Shown in pieces: positions 55,790 to 64,000 of a stretch of DNA of 64,000 bases (position 1 is its first letter; the number at the start of each line of letters is the position of its first letter). The stretch is from Eledone cirrhosa. Taxonomy: Eukaryota. Where the stretch lies: the NCBI GenBank assembly GCA_964016885.1, contig OZ024740.1, positions 250,480,001 to 250,544,000 on the forward strand, written 5' to 3'. The notes under the pieces were generated by a model. It was not told the origin of the DNA and made no database searches. It was given only the letters and a program-made list of their open reading frames with translations. The translations under genes and the position numbers were made by a program.

Positions 55790-55822
<33 letters not shown>

Positions 55823-56697
55823 TTGTACTGAAGGAGAGGACAATAGACCAGGGGATGTCCAAGGAGGAAATAACAACAAGGAGAAACGAGCAACCTTCAT
55901 GAAAAATCCCTTCATAGTACCTTCTTTGAGAAAACTGAATTCAGAGATCCAAAAGGCTACAGAAGGAATGCTAATGGATGCGCAAGAGCAGGCCCTCAAA
56001 ATGAAGTGGCTGAAACACCATATTTACAAGGAGGAGGCTAGCAGGATCTGTGGAGAGAGAGGGGAGACTGTGGCTCACATTGTATCCGAGTGTAAACACA
56101 TAGCCCAGACTCACTATAAAGGCTGGAGACATGATGTGATGGGCAGGGTGATCCACTGGCACCTATGCAAAGTAAACAATTTACCACATTCTGAGAAGTG
56201 GTATGAGCATAAGCCAGAGTCGGTGATAGAAAACGATCAGGTGAAGGTGCTGTGGGATTTTAGGATACAGACGGACAAGAAACTGGAACACAATAGACCA
56301 GACCTGGTGGTTTTGGACAAAGAAAAAATATCGTGCCTGATTGTGGATGTGGCCTTTACATTCGACACGAGAGTGCAAGAGAAGGAGAAGGAGAAAATTA
56401 ACCGATACCAGGAATTAAAGTGGGAGGTAAAAAGGATTTGGAACTGCCATGAAGTAAAAGTGGTCCCGATTGTCATAGGCGCACAAGGTACTATCTCAAA
56501 GAGTTTCCAGGGATGGTTAAAGAAAATTGGCCCCGCCCCGCTTTCTGGAACACTTCAAAAGGCATGCTTGCTGGGAACAGCAAGAACCCTCCGATACGTC
56601 CTGAATATCTGAGGCTGCAGGTAGTGGCATGATATTCATTTCAACAAACTTTCCAGTTAACCAACATCAATGACTGAGACTCAAAGAACAATAATAA
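55823..56697 (+). mobile_element. Second, 5'-truncated R4/Dong-like copy between AAT tracts
   Basis: RLE domain nearly identical to 50803-51460 and 55557-55789, with internal deletions. Confidence 0.92.
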
Positions 56698-57554
56698 TAT
56701 TTATACTTATATATATATAATCTATATACAATCATAAATAAAAATGGGTAATATTTTGTATTACCCAATTACCAGTAAGAAAATTAGCTCAATGGAAAAT
56801 ATCAGATTATTACAGAGCAGAATATACAACATTTAAATCAATCAAATTTTTGTTTCTTCCAAACAACTGTCTGGAATCATCGGAGCATTAACAATGTTTA
56901 AACAAGTAGTCTTTAGAACATTCATTAAGATACATTATTATTGCACTGGGTAATTGCTGGCCCCGTGCTAAAAGTAGAAACAATTATTATTAATAGTGTC
57001 AGTGACATTATATTGAAAAGCAAGAAGAACAAAATGAAAGGTGTTTTAACGAGAGTATTACTTAAAGTCAATATATCAAGCATATTACACAAAGAATGTT
57101 AATACTAGCATGCACTAAGGTAAAACAGATGCATAATGATAGCATGCATATATATGTTATGCAAATTTTATATGGCGAATTAGTTGCGAGAAAAGATGTT
57201 TATGCTGGAGATAATGTAAAGAGTCTATGTAGGAAATGTTAATATTTATAATTGTGGCGTGTGTAAACAATAAGCATAGATTTGTAAAGTTCAAATAAAT
57301 ATATAAAACAAATATTAATCCAATAGTTTCTGTTGCCATGTCAAAATCTCTGTTTGAATAATATCGTTTTTGACATTCCTCAATGTAGTACATTGATTAA
57401 GATCACAGATAAATTTCGAAACAACCGCTTGTACGAAACCTTAAGATAGCGATGGTGTTGAAATGTTGATAATAACGGTTGGATTTTGTAAAAGTAAATA
57501 AATTACTACAAAGGGAGTTAATAAAATAAGGGAGGTAATTAAGAAAATAACAAA

Positions 57555-57602
<48 letters not shown>

Positions 57603-57839
57603 GTAGGAATTCATACTTTATTATTATTAATCTTCCCTAAGGTAGAGATAAAACTTGGCCGTTTGGACTGCTGCTATTTCTAGTGGCAGGACATTGACCT
57701 GTTCACCCTGCCTTTTGTCTTTGCACACAGCACCAGACAGAATTATTTCTTCTATCATCCACTCTCATCTGGGAATGGTTTTGTATGGCGTCAGTTTGTG
57801 ATTTTAACTCGGGAATTTTATATTCTCCGAGTGGGAAGA

Positions 57840-57921
57840 GCCTTCTGAAGATGGTTCCCTTCTCAATGGAAGTCCGCTTGGATTATCCGTTTATTCTGGA
57901 ACTTGAAACCGCGGTAAAGGC
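57840..57921 (+). ncRNA. Type-I hammerhead ribozyme
   Basis: gcctt CTGAAGA tg-gttcc...ggaac-tt GAAA ccgcgg TA aaggc. Confidence 0.78.
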
Positions 57922-57989
57922 ACATATAGTAAGTACAGCGAATTTTTTAAAATTTATTTTAAAACTTTTTCTCTATTTGCTAGGCCTTG

Positions 57990-58047
<58 letters not shown>

Positions 58048-58049
58048 AG

Positions 58050-59430
58050 CAAAAATATATGGAGGAGAAGGTAATACATTTAAAAACAAGATTTACTTCT
58101 TCATCTTAAACTACGATTACAATACAACAGGTCGACATATATGTGTATACATATATTACAATATTACAATATTCATGCACTTAAGACTCTTCAGAGAAGA
58201 AACACTTTTGTCTTTAAGGATGTTGCTGGGGAAAAGTCCAATCCGTATGACAGTAAAGCAAAATTACACATTAATGGTATAATTATTCTTTCAGAGGGAT
58301 GCTAAGAGGCACATATAGAAATCGCAACTCAAACTTTGATCCGTTATTCGTTTAAAAAGAAAATCATTTTATTTACCCAAAATGGCGGTTATAAATGGAC
58401 ATAATTAACTAAGGGAAGTAACTCTAGTGTATTTCAAAATTAAATTATAACCTGCCAAAGTTATGTGATATCGATAGAATAGATGTGGAGTAGTGTATTG
58501 GGACCAAGCCATACAGTCTTCAATTAAGTCATCAATTATAAGCTGCAGTGGTCTAGTGTCATATTAACATGGTGAAGAAGGAAAAAAGGAGAAAGATTTT
58601 TATTAAAAGATCTTCACTAGTCTATAGAAAATAGCTGATAGGGGGTATATTTTAGGGTTGAGGGAGGAAATTAAGTCTGAACATTTTAGATGGCTATATG
58701 GGATCATAGACTCTGTTAGAGAAAGAGTAGGGAAGTCTGTGTGAGCAATTGATTACTGTTTCGGCTCTACTGTTAATAAGTGTAGGTACGGAGCGTATAA
58801 TATAATTGTTTCTACTTTAGGCACAAGGCCAACAATTACCAGTGCATTACTGGTACTTTATTTTATCGACCCCGTAAGGATGAAAGGCAAAGTCAACCTC
58901 GGCGGGATTTGAACTCAGATGGTAAAGGGACGTAACTATGCTGGAAAGCATGGCGTCCGACCCTCTACCGATACTGCCAATCCACCAATATGCCTTCGTC
59001 AGACACACATTACATTTCATCTTGAAGTTATAAGAAGCTGCCCTCTTTATTATACTCCATTGAGTTGTGTAACTATAATTGGATTCTATTAATTGAATAA
59101 TATAGTTTGCGAGAGAGATTGAGTTCTTGAGTTTTCTATTCTTAAAAGAATGAAGGTGGAATCTAAATCCAGTTTTGAATTTAGTAGAGGTAGCTCCTAA
59201 GTAAGATTTAATACTACTATCCGTAGTGACTGTGCACTTATAGATCACAATACTAACTAGGCAATGACCCAGTAGTAGACAGTTGTTAGGGGCCCTACAA
59301 TTACAGTTCCTGTGGTTACTAGGTACTATTGTATTTTGGTGATCATATAAGCTATGGTTATTCTCACCCAAGCTGGTGCTAGTAAGCATGTTAAACATGC
59401 CCACTAGCACCAGCTTGGGTGAGAATATAA
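58050..59430 (-). mobile_element. PLE 3' fragment (GIY-YIG, 3' region, and a hammerhead remnant at 58096-58199), interrupted by a SINE
   Basis: CNCRAPNNCLLLGHC..IYKCTV..YLGATSTKFK..HLHSFKN..CNVC; cttct CTGAAGA gtcttaa/ttaagat GA agaag with stem III deleted; hairpin with 25-bp arms at 59359-59427. Confidence 0.8.
58801..58987 (-). mobile_element. SINE family 1
   Basis: Near-identical to 15497-15690. Confidence 0.85.
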
Positions 59431-59471
59431 CCGTTGCCATAATGACCACCATCATAACCGTCGCTATAAAT

Positions 59472-59630
59472 ATTGGTAGAGCGTCAGACTCCATGCTTTG
59501 CAGCATAGAGTTATGGCCCTTTACGTTCTGAGTTCAAAACCCGCCGAGGTTTACTTTGCCTTTCATCCTTACGGGGTCGATAAAATAAAGCACCAACAAT
59601 GCTGGCCTTGTGCCATACGTAAAAATAATT
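59472..59630 (+). mobile_element. SINE family 1 with degenerate (ATT)n tail
   Basis: Reverse-orientation copy of the same core. Confidence 0.8.
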
Positions 59631-59699
59631 ATTATTATCATTATTACCGTCATAATAATTATTATTTATATTATCATTGTTACAATAACCATTATTGTC

Positions 59700-62600
59700 A
59701 TTATTCCTCATGGTAGTGATCGTAGCATCAGTCAGGCAGAGGCCGTTTCATCTTCTTTTTCATCAAGTGGCAGTCGAGAAGTGGCTGCTGCTGATGCATT
59801 TGGCAAGAACAACGGCAATAACGGAGGTAGCAGCAGCAGCGGCAGCAGTAACAAAAACACCAGTGGCAGCAGTAGCTACAGCGGCAGCAACACCAACAAA
59901 ATCAGCAACAGCACCAAGAACAACACCAACTGCCACAACGATAGCACCAACTGCCACAACGACAACACCAACAACAACAGCAACACCATTACCAACAACA
60001 ACAGCAACACCATTACCAACAACAACAACGACAACAAAGAAAAAATTATTTCGCTGCCGCAGCAGCCATGAACAGGCCATGCTTCGACTTGGACTTGGCA
60101 GACAAGGAGACAAAGTTGACCTAGGCATGGAAGCTCATCAAACAGGAGCAAACCTGTGCCAACTTAACTGTCTCGGCAGAGGCCTTGGAGGCGGTGGGGG
60201 GGGGGGGGAGAACTCTGGTCTTCAGATGCATCTCAGCTAAGAGGAAAAAAGCCAATAACACTCCCCTAGCAGACGTCGAGGCTGCGCTGAGGTGCATCAG
60301 AGGAGATACGGAGTACATAGCGAGGGGTCGACAATACGGCACCAACTCGGTGCTGTTTAAGTCAGAGGCCCTGGCTTTGAAGCACTCGATGACTCCTTGC
60401 AAAACCAGCAAGGTTACTATGTACCCCTCCCACATGAGAAAAAGAACGATTAGAGTCCGCATTCCCAGGATTCCACCAGGACTAGATATGTGGTGGCTCT
60501 TGAGATGCGTGATTGTGGAGGGGACAGATGCCGTCCCAATAGAGGCAACTAGAACAGGTAGAGACGACAGGTCCGGGGTTGATCTGGAGATACTTCTCCA
60601 GATCAAACCTAAAGAACTAAAGACAATCCGGGAGCAGATCCGCCTCCAAAACGGGACGGTTCTACAAGTGATGGCTAAGGGCGGCACTGTTTCAGTTGCG
60701 GCGAAAAAACACACTTGCGAGCCTTCTGCCCTCAGCAATTGAAAAATGCAAGGGGTCAACTGAAACATCGCAAAACTACTGAACCTCATAACACGAAATA
60801 AGGAAATAGAGAAAGAGGGGGGGGGGGGCGTTTAGCACCTGCACCTTCAAAATGCACAAAAACTTTTGCTGGTGCGGATGACATTAGACAATTATAAAAC
60901 AATTAGGGAGAGCTTTCCCAATGACGTGGGAATACCCAGCGTAAAAGCCTGAAGTAGGCTTTTAAAGGGGTTCCCAATGAAAACCCCACCAACTATGGAG
61001 GTCGAACCACCCGACCTTCACAACAGCCCGGGAGGTAAGTAAACCTTTCCTCTCTCTTAGGAAGTTTAAATGTTTGAGGCCTGGGATCATCCTGGAAGCA
61101 GGGTCACCTGCTCAACGACCTCAGGTCTCTGGAAATGGATGTAATTGCCGTCAGCGAGACGAGGATTTCCGACACGCGCACACTATCCCCCATTTTCGAC
61201 GACTATCAGATATTCGCATCTGTTAGTCGGCCGTGAATGAGAGTGTGTGTGTGTGTGGGGGGGGGGGGCAGTGCTGTTTAGGAAAGGCCTGGATCTCGAG
61301 GAAAGGTCGATCTTTCGGCACCTGGACGGAAGGTAGTGCCTTTAGACTAGTGGCTTTAGACCGGGTCAAGGACGGCCGGACTTTTTTAGACGCCTGGAAG
61401 CCTTTCTCGGTACATCTCGCCCTTTACTGTTAGCGGGGGACTAGAATGGCATCTTAGACGCACGCTGGGACTGTGTGGGAGTATCCGATAGGAGCGGGGG
61501 TGCAAAAGCCTCAAGTACCTGATCAGCCAGTTCCAACTGTCTGACAGGTACCAACTAGATTTCCCTAATGCACCAGTGTGGACCTGGACCAACCGCATAG
61601 GGTCATCTAGATCATATATGGACAGGATATTCATTAGGAAAATAAACAGAAATAGTGTAAGCTGTGCACGTTTAAAACGGTCACTTATTCAGATCACAAG
61701 TTTGTGATCTGTATGGTCAACCTAGATAAGACGCGCAGGTTAGGACCTGGTTACTGGAAGCAGAACATATCAAGCTGTTCGATGGGCCCGCGTGACAGAG
61801 AGGCAGCGTGGTAATAAGACCACAATTCGGTATTTCATGGACCGAAACGGACACGAGCTGAGCGATTCCAGGCGGATGTGTGAGGCCTTTCGCCAGCAAT
61901 TTTTTCGGTTGTTCGGGGTAAGTGATGGGTCAGAGACGGTGACGGACTTCGGTCCCTACCTCGATGGCTTGCCGCAACTCTCGACGACTGACGCTGAGCG
62001 CTGCGAGGGGCCGATAACTTCAGCCGAAATTCACGATGCCCTTGCCGGCAGCACGAGGTTTGGGTGGTCTGCCCTACGAGCTTATGTAAATATGCCAGAC
62101 TTGTTCTCCAATCTCCTCGAAGCGATCTACTGAAACTGGCAGCAGAACGGGAGTATTCCCAGTTCTGTGAGCCGGGCGTAGTGACGCTGATAAGGAAAGA
62201 CGAGAACAAGAGGGACATATTAGATAATTTCAGGCCAACACAGATTAATAATTTCAAATTAGATAATTTCTCTGCTCAACACATTAAGATTTTGGTCAAG
62301 CTGTTAGCGAAGAGGTTGGTGCTTGTCGTCAGGGATTTGGTTGGGGAGGCGCAAACGCGCGCAATGCTAACCAGGTCCATACACGACAACCTCCACAAGG
62401 ACGCGGAATGGTTGTGTCGGCTTATGCGGACGATATCACCGTGATGGTGTGGGACACCTCGGAAATCGAGGTCGTCGGCAACTTGGAGGAATATGAAAGG
62501 TTGACGGGAGCAAAACCTAACCTGGAAAAGTCAGTGGGCTTGCAACTCGGCACCTGGAGAGGCAAGTCCATTCTGTCCAACAGCATCGTTGGGCGTTGGA

Positions 62601-63995
62601 CGGAGTTGGGTTGAGGCCAGACCTCTAGGTGGATATGAATTGGGAGGAGGTGACGGGCAGGGTAGCCAGTCTCACCCAGAAATGGGCTGCCAGGAAGCTA
62701 TCACTGAGCGGAGGTGGTGAACGCGTACATCGCGCCCGTCATCTACTACCGCCTAACCGTCATGCCTTACCCCCGTCCGCACCTCACCAACTTGGAACGA
62801 ATCCTCTTCAAATTCTTGTGGAGGGGACAGGATCCGTTTGTGAAGCGGTCCATTTGCTTCCAGCACCCTCTACGCAGAAGGCTGGGCGTGCCGTGACTAA
62901 TGATGTAGAGACGTGCGCTGAGGCTGCGGCATCTCCAGATATTCTGTCTAAACGGTGAACAGGTGTGGTCACCGTTTGGCAGACGGGCCTTTCCACAGCT
63001 CGTCTCTTTGACTGAGCTGCAGTCCTGGGTCAAGAAGAGACCGAGACTGGGTGACTGGCGTCTGGAATATTGCCAGGCACTCACTGCCCTCTCTACAAGG
63101 TGGGCAATGCCGTCAGTGGTACTCCCACTCTTGAGTTCTATAGAGGATTAGTGGTGGGAAAGTGCGACGACGCACTCGGAGAGGCTCTAGGCTTCGACGA
63201 ATTCGAATGACCAGTCTGTTCCGGATGACTTGAGCCGGGGGCGATGGATAACTTCCAGAAAACCCTCGCTTGGCAGTGCTACCGAGGGCACTGCTGGTTC
63301 GAGATAAACTCTACAGATACGGAAGTGCTGTCAGGCGGACCTGCCCGAGATGCGCGCAGAGCGATGAAACCGTTCTTCACGCACTCGTCCAATGTCCGTG
63401 CATTACTGACTTGTGGAGTTATGTTGAACAGCTGCTGTCGCGTGTAGAACTGATTCGGCTATCGGCCGAGTCCATAGTGAAGATCGACCCAGGAAGAGCA
63501 GGCAATTTTCCTCTGTCTGGTGGCAGTAGCGAAAGAGGTTGTATGGTGGACGAGGTTGAAAGGACTGAAGTCAGACATTTTTCTCTTCGGCCAACCCTCA
63601 TCAACTTTTTCAAATCTCACTTGGAAAGGAAGGTGGGGATGGAGAGAGAAGTGCTTCCCCCAAGTAAATTTGCTGAAAGGTGGGTGAATGTGGTGAGAAT
63701 GGCCCATGTGAGTGGGCCTACTCTGACCATGCGCCTGTAGGTTGGTGAATTTGAGGAGGAGAGGGGTTCCCTTCCCGGGTGCTCTCGAAGCGTCGGGTGG
63801 TTCAGAATAGGTGGGGTACCTGAGTCGTCCCTGGGTGGTTATCCCCCCCTATTGGGGAATTTTTCATTGTTGTATTTTTCTTGTTATTTTGTTATTGTTA
63901 TTTATATTTTTACACGTTTTATATGTAAACATCCACTGTCTACTGTATCGTCCCCTATATGTGGGCTCTTGTGGCCAATAAATGAAGCCATTATA
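59700..63995 (+). mobile_element. L1/Tx1-clade LINE copy E (same subfamily as A), heavily deleted
   Basis: ORF1 RGRQYG..IRVRIPRIPP, APE and RT remnants, CPRCAQSDETVLHALVQC, 3' UTR similar to copy A ending AATAAA..CATTAT. Confidence 0.9.
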
Positions 63996-64000
63996 TTTTT

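Noticed and set aside
56840-56890. Hammerhead-like ccgatga-ttccagaca/tgtttggaa-gaaa on the minus strand
   Set aside because: Core is mutated and stem I does not pair.

Overview
Eukaryotic (metazoan) DNA made almost entirely of transposable-element debris and microsatellites; the SINE and microsatellite content looks like an octopod cephalopod (inference). No host protein-coding exon, rRNA or true tRNA gene is recognisable, and every element ORF is disrupted. There are two domains. (1) About 1-30 kb and 57-59.6 kb: (TA)n-rich sequence with Penelope-like element (PLE) RT and GIY-YIG fragments, about a dozen recognisable minimal type-I hammerhead ribozyme motifs, several long fold-back palindromes built mostly from hammerhead-bearing PLE termini, tRNA-derived SINEs, two RTE-type LINE fragments, a Chapaev3-like and a mariner-like DNA transposon, and non-autonomous Helitron-like repeats. 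(2) About 30.2-56.7 kb plus 59.7-64 kb: a head-to-tail stack of L1/Tx1-clade LINEs (copies A-D on the minus strand, E on the plus strand) and R4/Dong-like RLE elements, with (AAT)n at the junctions between stacked elements. Most notable: all five Tx1-like copies carry a GTAAGT splice-donor motif at the end of ORF1. In copies B and C a 52-53 nt intron would fuse ORF1 in frame to ORF2. Copy C is a chimera whose junction falls exactly at a D-type donor and a B-type CAG. The R4-like element also has a twin-priming-like inversion. All structures were read by eye; coordinates are approximate to a few bp.
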